Program-made: the position numbers and the translations under genes
The notes under the pieces: generated by a model
The model's database searches: none
Told to the model about the DNA's origin: nothing
Seen by the model: the letters and a program-made list of their open reading frames with translations, nothing else
IMG/VR virus record: IMGVR_UViG_3300028569_000030
Coordinates: 1-64,000 of that record
Strand: one strand, 5' to 3'
Length of the DNA: 64,000 nucleotides
DNA from: a virus
Shown here: positions 8,593 through 17,754 of the stretch, piece after piece
Layout: each line of letters opens with the position of its first letter
Position numbering within the stretch: position 1 is the first letter of the stretch

Positions 8593-9654
8593 TTTACGTA
8601 TGGTGGGGAAGATGGCGATGTTTTCTCTTTAGAAGCTTCTGCTGCTGCTGCTGTAAGAAATGGATCTCTTAAATCTGCTGAATTAGTTCTTAGATCTACT
8701 ATCTCTTTAGGTGCTATCTCTAGATCTATTTCTGATAAAAATGCTTTTGAAAAAGCAACTAAGCTCATCGTTGGAAACATGATGGCTTCTATGTACCACA
8801 GACTTGAAATCCAAGTTATCCACGGACAGTCTTCTACAGGATTAGGCGTTCTTGAATCTATCTCTGGTCTTGGCTTAAAAATCGAAGATCATGAATGGGC
8901 TCCAGGAATTTGGAATGGTTCTAAAGGTGCTAAAATTGAAATCTACGATGCTACTTTAGTTACTAATAGAGGATCTGCTGAAATTACTTCTGTTGATTAT
9001 TCTCTTAAGAAAGTTTTCGTTGATGCTGTTCCAGGTGGTACTGTTGCTACTGACGTTATTTTCTACAAAGGTGCTAAAGGTAAGGAATTCTTAGGGATTC
9101 ACGAAATTTCTCAAAAATCTGGTACTCTTTTTGGAATTGATAACTCTGTTTACGATTTGTTCAAAGGTAACGTAGTTAACGTAGGTACTAACTTTACTGG
9201 TGGTGAAGCTGTTCTTTCTTTTGCTAAAGCTGAAGAAGGTATTGCTGCTGCTATGGATAAGGGATTAGCTGAAGAAGCTTATACTCTTTTAGTTTCTACT
9301 AGAAGCTGGAACAACCTTTTAACTGAACAAGCTGCTAAGAGAATGTATGATTCTTCTTACTCTTCTTCTCAATTAGACCAAGGTTCTAAATCACTTAAGT
9401 TTTACGGACAAAACGGTGAAATCGAAATCATGGCTTCTACAATTGTTAAAGAAGGATATGCTCACGGTTTCGTTAAGAAAGATTTCGCAAGAATTGGTTC
9501 TTCTGATGTAACTTTCCAAATCCCAGGCTACGATGGCGAGTTCTTCAGATTGTTAAATGATTCTCATGGTATCGAGCTTAGATCTTATACCGACCAAGCA
9601 TTAGTATGTATGCGTCCTGCTACATGCGTATTGTTTAGATATATCAAATCTTAA
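8593..9654 (+). CDS. major capsid protein, exon 2 (spliced product 413 aa)
   Basis: position after scaffold, highly biased codons (GCT/TCT/GGT), followed by strong terminator. Confidence 0.85.
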   Translation, partial: FTYGGEDGDVFSLEASAAAAVRNGSLKSAELVLRSTISLGAISRSISDKNAFEKATKLIVGNMMASMYHRLEIQVIHGQSSTGLGVLESISGLGLKIEDHEWAPGIWNGSKGAKIEIYDATLVTNRGSAEITSVDYSLKKVFVDAVPGGTVATDVIFYKGAKGKEFLGIHEISQKSGTLFGIDNSVYDLFKGNVVNVGTNFTGGEAVLSFAKAEEGIAAAMDKGLAEEAYTLLVSTRSWNNLLTEQAAKRMYDSSYSSSQLDQGSKSLKFYGQNGEIEIMASTIVKEGYAHGFVKKDFARIGSSDVTFQIPGYDGEFFRLLNDSHGIELRSYTDQALVCMRPATCVLFRYIKS

Positions 9655-9674
9655 TACTTTCCGCTACTTACACA

Positions 9675-9701
9675 GGGGGCAGAGCAATTCTGCCCTTTTT
9701 T
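9675..9701 (+). terminator. rho-independent terminator after capsid gene
   Basis: GGGCAGA-GCAAT-TCTGCCC then TTTTTT. Confidence 0.85.
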
Positions 9702-9702
9702 A

Positions 9703-9731
9703 TTGACTCTCTGATTCCCACGGTATATAAT
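9703..9731 (+). promoter_or_regulatory. sigma70-type promoter
   Basis: TTGACT-17 nt-TATAAT. Confidence 0.8.
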
Positions 9732-9758
9732 AAGGAACATACACTACGAAGAGGTACT

Positions 9759-11252
9759 GTGTCTGATAAATTTGAAGAATATGCAGTAAAAAAAGCTGGA
9801 AAATACTTAGGATCTTTTACAGATTCCTACAAAAAGCATCAGTATTCTTGTAGCAGCGGACATATTTTCTCTATAAGAAGTGGTGCAATAGCTAAAAATA
9901 GCTGGTGTCCAGAATGTGCAGCAGTTACCAGAAAGCAAGACCTAGTAAAAAGAAATAAACAAAATAATACAGTAATTCAAGACTTTGAACAATTAAAAGC
10001 AGATTTACTCTCTATCCACGGAATAACCATACTAACAAAACAGGACTACTATACTAAATTAGATGTTCTCGAAGTAGTAGACATAAACGGCAAAGTAGTA
10101 AAAAAAAGACTGTCTGATTTATATAGGTTTGGAGCAGGTAGAAAAGAGAACCGATCTATAGAATTTTATAATATCCTAAAACAAACAATGTCTGATAAGT
10201 GTGTACAAAAAGGGTGGGAGTTTATAGAAATATCCCCTCTAGATGTGCTAGGAAGGGTGTACTACTTAGATAAGAATAAAATCCTATGCTCTAAGCAAGT
10301 AGCGTACTTCAATAAAAACAAACATTTAAACAATTCTAGGTGCTCTAGACAGGAAAAAGACATAAGAAACTTCATCTCTAGCATGGGATTTAAAGTAGAG
10401 GCAGGCAAGAGGTTATTTTTGTCTAATGACGAGATCAATAGTTTTGATTGGTATTTTAAACACATACCATCTACAAGTAAAAAGAGATACTGTGAATTGG
10501 ATATATTTATTCCAGATAAGAGCATAGCAATAGAGTTCCATGGGGCAATGTTTCACGATGCTTTTGGAAAAGATGGAGAAAAGCACAAAAGACTTCCTAA
10601 ATTTAAATATGAACTGTGTAAACAAAGAGGAATTAGACTAATTCAAATATATGAGTTTGATTGGACAAATAAAAAAGACCAAATAAAATCACTAATTAAA
10701 AATAGCTTAGGAATAGTAGAAAGAAGGGTATTTGCTAGAAAGTGTGAGATAAAGGAAGTTTCAAACGATGTAGCACAATCTTTTTATGCCCAGTATCATC
10801 TAAAAGGAAGATCCCCAACATCTATATTCCACAAAGGATTGTATCTAGATAAAGAACTACTTATGGTTATTAGTGTTGGAAAAGAGGGAAGAGGGGCTAC
10901 AGACAGATATTCGGTAACTAGGATGTGCGTAAAAGCAGGAATTCAGGTTGTAGGCGGATTGTCTAGGTTGACTAGTTATATCCTAAATAAATACAAAGAA
11001 CTTAGCACTTTGATAGACCTTTTGACTTTTAACGGTAATTCTTGGATTACCTCTGGTTGGAAAATCCATAGGGTAAATAGGCCAACCTACGTATACTTTG
11101 ACAAGGAAAAGAGGTGTAAAGTAGATAAGCAGAAGTTTTCTAGTGTTAAAAATGAGTCTACTGCTGTAAAAAACACCAATAAGTACTGCCAATTGTGGGA
11201 CTGCGGTAAGCTGAGATTAATTATTAGTATTGACACTAATAGTACTGTGTGA
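9759..11252 (+). CDS. Hef-like free-standing endonuclease (Zn ribbon + Vsr-like PD-(D/E)XK + GNAT/Mom-like C-domain)
   Basis: CSSGH...WCPEC; ELDIFIPDKSIAIEFHGAMFH; ARKCEIKEV...VVGGLSRL...WDCG. Confidence 0.75.
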   Translation: MSDKFEEYAVKKAGKYLGSFTDSYKKHQYSCSSGHIFSIRSGAIAKNSWCPECAAVTRKQDLVKRNKQNNTVIQDFEQLKADLLSIHGITILTKQDYYTKLDVLEVVDINGKVVKKRLSDLYRFGAGRKENRSIEFYNILKQTMSDKCVQKGWEFIEISPLDVLGRVYYLDKNKILCSKQVAYFNKNKHLNNSRCSRQEKDIRNFISSMGFKVEAGKRLFLSNDEINSFDWYFKHIPSTSKKRYCELDIFIPDKSIAIEFHGAMFHDAFGKDGEKHKRLPKFKYELCKQRGIRLIQIYEFDWTNKKDQIKSLIKNSLGIVERRVFARKCEIKEVSNDVAQSFYAQYHLKGRSPTSIFHKGLYLDKELLMVISVGKEGRGATDRYSVTRMCVKAGIQVVGGLSRLTSYILNKYKELSTLIDLLTFNGNSWITSGWKIHRVNRPTYVYFDKEKRCKVDKQKFSSVKNESTAVKNTNKYCQLWDCGKLRLIISIDTNSTV

Positions 11253-11274
11253 TAATTTGAGTTCTGGAGGTCGC

Positions 11275-11595
11275 GTGAAAAAATTATTCCCAGAACTATT
11301 GTACGAGTATGATAACACCGATAAAACAGGAGCCGATTTTAAGAAGCTTTTTTACCTGTTGCCAAAAAATTCAAAAATCCAAGACTCTGATAACGTAGAG
11401 ATCCTAGAGCCTCAGTTTCCTTTTTACGTCAGAAAAGTTCTAATAAATAATAAAGAATTTAATATAAACTTTTCAAATATAATCTTTGGAAAATCAACTA
11501 AAAACGGTGAGCTAACTAGATTTTTAAACATAGTCAGAAGCAAAGACTACCTAAATCAAGTTGCTATTGATTTGCTAGGTACAGATGTCGAGTAA
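11275..11595 (+). CDS. hypothetical protein
   Basis: GTG 11275 after GGAGG, in frame with track ORF 11230. Confidence 0.6.
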   Translation: MKKLFPELLYEYDNTDKTGADFKKLFYLLPKNSKIQDSDNVEILEPQFPFYVRKVLINNKEFNINFSNIIFGKSTKNGELTRFLNIVRSKDYLNQVAIDLLGTDVE

Positions 11596-11872
11596 CGACC
11601 AAAAGCCGTTTAAATGCTGGAAATGCGGAGCGTGTTGTAAAATATGCAACTTAATTCCTGAGTTAAATCAATTTGATATTGGAAATGGAGTTTGTAAAAA
11701 TTTATTGCCAGACAATGGCTGTGCGATATATGAAAATAGGCCCAATGTTTGTAATTCCAAATATGGATTTGATTCTACTTATAGTAAGACTATGACTTGG
11801 GACGAATACTTAGACGAATCAGAAAAAGCTTGTATAGATATAGAAGATTTTATAAAAAATAGAGAGTATTAG
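11585..11872 (+). CDS. YkgJ-family CxxCxxCC cysteine-cluster protein
   Basis: CWKCGACC...C..L...C.IYENRPNVC. Confidence 0.85.
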   Translation: MSSNDQKPFKCWKCGACCKICNLIPELNQFDIGNGVCKNLLPDNGCAIYENRPNVCNSKYGFDSTYSKTMTWDEYLDESEKACIDIEDFIKNREY

Positions 11873-11875
11873 ATT

Positions 11876-12082
11876 ATGATTGATTTTAGCTTGATTATTA
11901 TCATATTCTGTACTATACTTACTTTTATAATACTTCTTAATACTGAGAAAAAAGAAGTTAAAGTTTGCAAACCGCATAATTGGGTAAGAAAAGAAGTAGC
12001 TGATAATAGCTACCTGTGTTGCTCAATATGTAAACTGGTTCCATCGGAAAATGGACCTAGTTATGAGGAGAAAGAGCCATGA
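11876..12082 (+). CDS. small membrane-anchored Cys/His protein
   Basis: N-terminal TM, CKPHNW...CSIC. Confidence 0.6.
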   Translation: MIDFSLIIIIFCTILTFIILLNTEKKEVKVCKPHNWVRKEVADNSYLCCSICKLVPSENGPSYEEKEP

Positions 12083-12282
12083 GTGAAACATCTTACGAGT
12101 ATAGATTCTTAATCAAAGAAAGAGACTCTGGTAAAGTCGTAGAAAAACATATAAAATGTGACAATTTACAAAACACACTAGATTATCTAATGGATAAATT
12201 AAAGGCTAATAGCGTATCGTTTTCTCAAGCATATTATATAGTTGTCCTTGAATTGCTACAAATTAGCGACTTAGAACAATAG
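12079..12282 (+). CDS. hypothetical protein
   Basis: GAGGAG upstream, ATGA coupling. Confidence 0.6.
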   Translation: MSETSYEYRFLIKERDSGKVVEKHIKCDNLQNTLDYLMDKLKANSVSFSQAYYIVVLELLQISDLEQ

Positions 12283-12345
12283 CTCACACTATTCGTAACT
12301 ATCTAAAATTACATACAAAACCCCACCATTAAAAAGAATGCCATT

Positions 12346-12360
12346 TTAACAACTTATAGT
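12346..12360 (+). promoter_or_regulatory. putative late promoter
   Basis: TTAACAACTTA-TAGT followed directly by ATG. Confidence 0.7.
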
Positions 12361-12462
12361 ATGATTAAACACTATGTTGACATTTACTTTACTGCTAATT
12401 TGTTGAATGTTTTATCATTAAAATGTTGGAAGAGATTAGCTCTTAATTGAGCTTCACCCCAA

Positions 12463-12487
12463 AAGGGGGATTATGCCCCCTTCTTTA
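12463..12487 (+). terminator. terminator-like hairpin in leader of fibre operon
   Basis: AAGGGGG-ATTATG-CCCCCTT then CTTT. Confidence 0.5.
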
Positions 12488-12507
12488 TACTAAGTTAGGA
12501 TAATATA

Positions 12508-12978
12508 ATGTCTAAGAAGCTCACTGTAAATTCAACGGTATTTGAGTACCCGACTACTGGTGGGTATAACTGGGGAGAGGAGTCTTCAGCATGGGCAGAA
12601 GCAGTAACCGAAGTACTTAACACCCTATCAGGGCCGCAAGATGTCCAAACTACAGAAGCAAATCTACTAATCTCTGGATCTGGTAACGTATCAGGACTAA
12701 CTTTCAATGCAAGTTTAGTACAGCAAATATCAATCAAAGCTGTAGTTACTAGAACATTCACAGATGCTACCCCCACAAGAACAGAAGCTTTTAACTTTAC
12801 TGGAGCATATAACGGCTCTTCTTTTGTAATGTCTTATGATAGCGTTCCTGTTGGTTTAGACGTGCTAGTTGCTTTTGATATAGACAACACTGGACAAGTT
12901 AATTACGTATCAACTGCAATAGCTAATACAGACGCAATTACAATGAAGTTTAATGCTACAGCAATTACATCGACCTAG
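12508..12978 (+). CDS. virion structural protein (fibre-associated)
   Basis: beta-rich; C-terminal half paralogous to 20295..20813. Confidence 0.6.
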   Translation: MSKKLTVNSTVFEYPTTGGYNWGEESSAWAEAVTEVLNTLSGPQDVQTTEANLLISGSGNVSGLTFNASLVQQISIKAVVTRTFTDATPTRTEAFNFTGAYNGSSFVMSYDSVPVGLDVLVAFDIDNTGQVNYVSTAIANTDAITMKFNATAITST

Positions 12979-12988
12979 AGGATAATAT

Positions 12989-15900
12989 ATGACGATAAAA
13001 AGACGCAATTTCTATAAAGGGGTAAGATTAACTCCAACTACAGATGCTTTAACTGTTGATGGAGAAGTATCAGCAAATAGTTCAGATAATAAGTTAAAAG
13101 CTCAACTTGGAGGATCTACTAGAAACGTAGTAACTGAAGACCAATCTCAAACTTTAACCAATAAAACAATTAATGCAGATAATAATACTATTTCAAATCT
13201 TGAAGTAGATAATTTAAAATCTGGAGTACTTGATACAGACTTAAATGCTGTTTCTGGTGCTGACGATACAATCCCATCAGCTAAAGCGGTTAAGGCATAT
13301 GTTGATGCTCAAATTGATACTATAGATCAAGCTGCTGAAATTACTTACTCGAATGCAACTTCAGGTTTAGCAGCAACAAATGTTCAAACAGCGATCGATG
13401 AAATAGATGGAAATGTTGACAATTTAGTAACTCTTTCTGGAGTAGCTTTAGATGCTGTTAATCTAGGAACATTTACAGGAACTACAATCCCAGACAATCA
13501 AACAAATAAACAAGCCCTTCAGGCATTAGAAACGTCGGTAGAGACTAAAGCCGCATCATCCGTTGTTACAGAAATAGATGGTAACGTAGACGATTTAATT
13601 ACTCTTTCTGGTGTTGCAGAGAATTCTACAAGTTTAGGAACATTTACTGGAACTACAATTCCAGATTCTTCTACAATTAAAGCCGCATTACAAGCCTTAG
13701 AAACTTCTGTTGAAACTAAAGCAACTTCTGCTGTTGTTACTGAAATCGATGGAAATGTAAATGATTTAATTACACTATCAGGAGTTGCTGAGAATGCAAC
13801 AAACTTAGGTACATTTACTGGTACAACTATTGCAGATAACTCAACAGTTAAAACCGCTTTACAATCTCTTGAAACTTCTGTTGAAACAAAAGCTACCGGA
13901 GCAGCGTCAAGCACGGACAATGCGATTTCTAGGTTTGATGGAACAACCGGAAAAACTATACAAAATTCATTAGTTACTATTGATGATGCCGGAATAATGT
14001 CTGGGGCAACTCAACTAAATGTTGATAACCTACGTTTAGACGGAAATGTACTTAGTTCAACTAGTGGAAATTTAGATTTAACTTCTGCTGGAATAATTAA
14101 TGCCAATCAAACTATTAAATTTTTCTCAGATGTAATAGCCGATATAACTACTGATAGTGCAACTGGATCTAACGCAACAATAACTGACCCCGCTAGTAAA
14201 ATAATTAGATTAACTAATGCTTCTTTAGTTTCTCTTGGTGGTATTCCAGCTGGACTAGAAGGACAACATTTAACGATAATAAACGCTACTGGTAACTCTG
14301 TAATAATAAATGATAATACTGGAGCAACTGCTGCAAATAGAATTTTAACTGGACAAAAATCTAATATTATATTAAAAGATGAATCGTCAATTCACTTAGA
14401 ATATGATTCAACTGAAACTCGTTGGATGGTTATTGGTGGAGTTGGAAGTTCTAGTGGTCAGGGTGGAATTAATTACATCGATAATCCTGATTTTGAAGTT
14501 AATACAACAGGTTGGATTACATTTGATGATGGTGCTGCGGTTCCAGTTGACGGAACTGGTGGAACAGTTACTTCTACTTTTACAAGATCAACTAGTTCAC
14601 CATTAAGAGATACCGCTTCTGGTTTATTTTCAAAACCAGCAAGTAACGTAATAGGTGAAGGTGTTAGTTATGATTTTTCAATTGACAATGCAGATAAAGC
14701 TAAAGTTTTAGAAATATCATTTGATTATGAAGCTACTGCAAATTTTGTTGACGGATATTCACGATGTTATATTTATGATATAACCAATGCTTCTATAATT
14801 GAACCTAGCCAAAGAGATATTCTTGCTAATGCTGGACAGGCTAAGTATCTTGGTTATTTTCAATCAGCAAGTAATTCAACTAGTTATAGGCTCATACTAA
14901 TTACAGCAACTTCTACAACAACTGCGTGGGATTTAAAAATAGACAATGTAAAAGTTGGACCTTCCGATATGTCTAATAGGGGAACGTCAATTGCATTTAA
15001 AGTATATTTGAATACTGCGGCAAACCACACAGCAATTTCAGCTGCACAAAAGACACCACTAGATACAGTTCAATATGATACAGTAGGTGGATGGGATGCA
15101 ACAAATACGCGCTGGGTTGCTCCGGAAAGTGGATATTATTCACTCCAATCAACAACTACATTTGGTTCAATAGCGGACGGAAAAGTTGCACAAACAAATA
15201 TTTATGTTAATGGTGCAGTTTCTTTAAGAGGAAGTTTTGTTCCTAATGGTGTAGCAGGACAATCGGTTTTTTCAGTAGCTTCCGGTATTAGCTATCTAAA
15301 TAAGGGCGATTATGTAGAATCTTATGGGTTTCAAGATGACTCAGCTTCCGAAGCATATTCAACTGGCTCTAGTAGAACTTTTTTATCTGGAATTTTAATT
15401 AAACCTGAAACAGTATCTGCAAACTCTTTATCAAATGTAAGTTTTAGTGTTAGACCAGGAGCACAACAAACAGGAATTAACACAAATAATTCCTCAGTTA
15501 AATTAACTCAATATAGTAATATACTATACGATACTGCTGGGGGATTTGATACAACAAACAACCAATACGTTATTCCAGATTCTGGGAAATACCACTTTTC
15601 TGCTCACGTAAGAATTTTAGGAACAAATGTTCTGAACAATCTTTATGGCTTAACAATAACTCAGAATAGTTCGGTAGTAGTACGTGGCGGAGCGATTTAT
15701 CCAACTGCTGGGGCTGAATTCTATGTGTCAATTGCTGGTGATGTTGATTGTGTAAAAGGCGATATAATTGAACTACAATTAATCGGCCTTGGAAATAACA
15801 GTGTAAGCACTATTTCAACTTCTTCAACTGGATTAACAACTTTAAGATGGTCTGGACATAAAATTGCAACTTCTGCACTAATACCTCCAACTGAAAAAAT

Positions 15901-16324
15901 TGTAGCTATATATAATACAAACGCGGCTACTTCATTAGCAAGTGGCGGATCTGCTAAAATTGTGGACTTTGAAGATCGAGTTACTGATACACATAATGCC
16001 GTAACTACTGGAGTTTCTTGGAAATTTACTGCTCCAATTAGTGATTATTATACTTGCAGTTTTGGTGTAGGATTACAAAGCAGTCCCGGCTGGTCCGGAG
16101 CCGAAGGGTTCATATGCTATTTTTATAAAAATGGAGTAGTACATACTGAGTTCTATGACTATCCTAATGGTGGAGGAGTTGACATTAGAACTTCAATTTC
16201 AAATACCCGTGTTATATATTTAGCTAAAGGCGATACTGTTGATGTTAGAACATTTCAAAATAGCGGTGGAGCAATTACGTATAATCCTTCCGAAGCCGAT
16301 GTTTGGATTTCAATCAAAAACTAA
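12989..16324 (+). CDS. tail fibre / receptor-binding protein with three C1q-like domains
   Basis: 3x57-aa repeat, NYIDNPDFE carbohydrate-binding-like domain, three domains with D..GG(W/F)D...(A/I)P.SG.Y-type motifs. Confidence 0.8.
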   Translation: MTIKRRNFYKGVRLTPTTDALTVDGEVSANSSDNKLKAQLGGSTRNVVTEDQSQTLTNKTINADNNTISNLEVDNLKSGVLDTDLNAVSGADDTIPSAKAVKAYVDAQIDTIDQAAEITYSNATSGLAATNVQTAIDEIDGNVDNLVTLSGVALDAVNLGTFTGTTIPDNQTNKQALQALETSVETKAASSVVTEIDGNVDDLITLSGVAENSTSLGTFTGTTIPDSSTIKAALQALETSVETKATSAVVTEIDGNVNDLITLSGVAENATNLGTFTGTTIADNSTVKTALQSLETSVETKATGAASSTDNAISRFDGTTGKTIQNSLVTIDDAGIMSGATQLNVDNLRLDGNVLSSTSGNLDLTSAGIINANQTIKFFSDVIADITTDSATGSNATITDPASKIIRLTNASLVSLGGIPAGLEGQHLTIINATGNSVIINDNTGATAANRILTGQKSNIILKDESSIHLEYDSTETRWMVIGGVGSSSGQGGINYIDNPDFEVNTTGWITFDDGAAVPVDGTGGTVTSTFTRSTSSPLRDTASGLFSKPASNVIGEGVSYDFSIDNADKAKVLEISFDYEATANFVDGYSRCYIYDITNASIIEPSQRDILANAGQAKYLGYFQSASNSTSYRLILITATSTTTAWDLKIDNVKVGPSDMSNRGTSIAFKVYLNTAANHTAISAAQKTPLDTVQYDTVGGWDATNTRWVAPESGYYSLQSTTTFGSIADGKVAQTNIYVNGAVSLRGSFVPNGVAGQSVFSVASGISYLNKGDYVESYGFQDDSASEAYSTGSSRTFLSGILIKPETVSANSLSNVSFSVRPGAQQTGINTNNSSVKLTQYSNILYDTAGGFDTTNNQYVIPDSGKYHFSAHVRILGTNVLNNLYGLTITQNSSVVVRGGAIYPTAGAEFYVSIAGDVDCVKGDIIELQLIGLGNNSVSTISTSSTGLTTLRWSGHKIATSALIPPTEKIVAIYNTNAATSLASGGSAKIVDFEDRVTDTHNAVTTGVSWKFTAPISDYYTCSFGVGLQSSPGWSGAEGFICYFYKNGVVHTEFYDYPNGGGVDIRTSISNTRVIYLAKGDTVDVRTFQNSGGAITYNPSEADVWISIKN
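13400..13895 (+). repeat. 3 x 171-nt intragenic tandem repeat
   Basis: EIDGNV..L.TLSGVA....LGTFTGTTI.D....K.ALQ.LETSVETKA starting 13400, 13571, 13742. Confidence 0.9.
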
Positions 16325-16339
16325 TAAAAGGTATAATAT

Positions 16340-16744
16340 ATGTTTAAAGTAAGCTTAGAAAATTTATTAGACGGAAGACAATGGGAAGCCAGATTCGAAA
16401 CTGAAGAACTAGCAAACTCTTGGTTAGCTCAACAAAAACTAAAGCCAGGTCGTTTAGATATCAGAATTGTTCCTATAAGTGATTCCTATAGACAAGAAGA
16501 TGTACTAGAAGTAATTGAAACAGAAATAGACGGACAAATGATGCAAACTCACGTTAGATTAGCAGCGCAAGCTAGTTATAATGTAGAAGACATCAGTGTC
16601 CAAGTTGCTTCTGACTTAGCAAAATATAATGCTAGAAAATATTTAGCAGAAACAGATTGGTATGCTATAAGAAAAGCAGACATCGGCACAGCAATTCCAG
16701 AAGAAATTAGTGCATTACGGCAAGCAGCTAGGGACATTCTATAA
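16340..16744 (+). CDS. tail fibre assembly chaperone-like protein
   Basis: YLAETDWY...RQAAR motif, follows fibre gene. Confidence 0.65.
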   Translation: MFKVSLENLLDGRQWEARFETEELANSWLAQQKLKPGRLDIRIVPISDSYRQEDVLEVIETEIDGQMMQTHVRLAAQASYNVEDISVQVASDLAKYNARKYLAETDWYAIRKADIGTAIPEEISALRQAARDIL

Positions 16745-16746
16745 TT

Positions 16747-16944
16747 ATGAAAAGAGAATTATACCAGCAATTAATGGAAGAGTTAGAAAAAGAAGATGGT
16801 CAACCAGTTGGAATGGAAGCTCCAATTCATAGGTCCCCAATTCAAGTTCTAGAGGGCGAGTACACTAGTCCTGAAATGCAACTAAAACCAGAACCTACTC
16901 CATCAGTATTTGAAAGGATTAAGCAACGGTTAATGAACAAATAG
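16747..16944 (+). CDS. small hypothetical protein
   Basis: acidic body, C-terminal FERIKQRL. Confidence 0.6.
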   Translation: MKRELYQQLMEELEKEDGQPVGMEAPIHRSPIQVLEGEYTSPEMQLKPEPTPSVFERIKQRLMNK

Positions 16945-16951
16945 GAGCTTT

Positions 16952-17461
16952 ATGTACTATATTAAGATAGAAAATATAGATACTAAAGAAGAGCAGACTA
17001 TTTATTTTGAAGATAGGGAACAGGCAATATTGTATAGAAATTATCATTGTACTTTTGATGCCTGGGATAAGAAAGAAATGTGGGTAGTAGATAAATTTCT
17101 TAATCCAAATTTTAAAAAGCTGATAGTAGAAGAAAAGACGGTAGAGCAGCTAAATAGTAAAAAAGAAAAAATATCAATTACTTATTATAAAATTAAACCT
17201 TTGTATCGAATAATTGCAGATAACTTAGAAGATACAGAAAAATCAGCATATTGGAATGCTTTAAGAAACGAAAGAAACCAAGTGCTTAAAAATACAGATA
17301 TGACAATGCTATCTGACTTCCCTTTAACAACTAAAGAGAGGGGAATTTACAGAGAATATAGGGATTATCTAAGAAACCTACCTTTGAATTATAACGATAG
17401 TTCTATAGACAGGTTTAACATAATGAATTTCCAAGAATGGAAAGAGTTTTTTAGGAAATAA
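16952..17461 (+). CDS. phage tail assembly chaperone domain protein
   Basis: WNALRNERNQVLKNTDMTMLSDFP...YRDYLRNLP. Confidence 0.75.
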   Translation: MYYIKIENIDTKEEQTIYFEDREQAILYRNYHCTFDAWDKKEMWVVDKFLNPNFKKLIVEEKTVEQLNSKKEKISITYYKIKPLYRIIADNLEDTEKSAYWNALRNERNQVLKNTDMTMLSDFPLTTKERGIYREYRDYLRNLPLNYNDSSIDRFNIMNFQEWKEFFRK

Positions 17462-17743
17462 ATGAAAGAAAAATTTATGGAGTTTGTAAACTGGTGTAAC
17501 CAAAAAGGAATTCCAGTTCCTGTTGGTAGAGATCCAAAAACTCAAGAACCTTCTGTCTCTTTTACGTTAGTAGTAGTTAGTTCATTCTTTGTAGCAATTG
17601 GACTTTTAAATAGCGTAGCACAGATATTTAAAGGCATAGATATGCAAAGTGCTCTTTACTGGAACGGTATGTGTTTGGCTTTATATCTTAGCAGAAAAGT
17701 TAGCGGAAATGGAAAGTCTATAGAAATTTCAGATAAAGAATAA
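17462..17743 (+). CDS. small 2-TM membrane protein, possible holin
   Basis: two hydrophobic helices, charged C-terminus. Confidence 0.45.
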   Translation: MKEKFMEFVNWCNQKGIPVPVGRDPKTQEPSVSFTLVVVSSFFVAIGLLNSVAQIFKGIDMQSALYWNGMCLALYLSRKVSGNGKSIEISDKE

Positions 17744-17754
17744 TAGGAGATTAT

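Noticed and set aside
11230-11256. sigma70 promoter TTGACA...GATAAT and ORF start at 11230
   Set aside because: Spacer only 15 nt; GTG 11275 with GGAGG is the better start; promoter possible but not supported enough
13400-13895. Repeats as a CRISPR array or DGR template/variable repeat
   Set aside because: In-frame protein repeats with synonymous divergence, no unique spacers, no adenine-specific changes, no reverse transcriptase in the window
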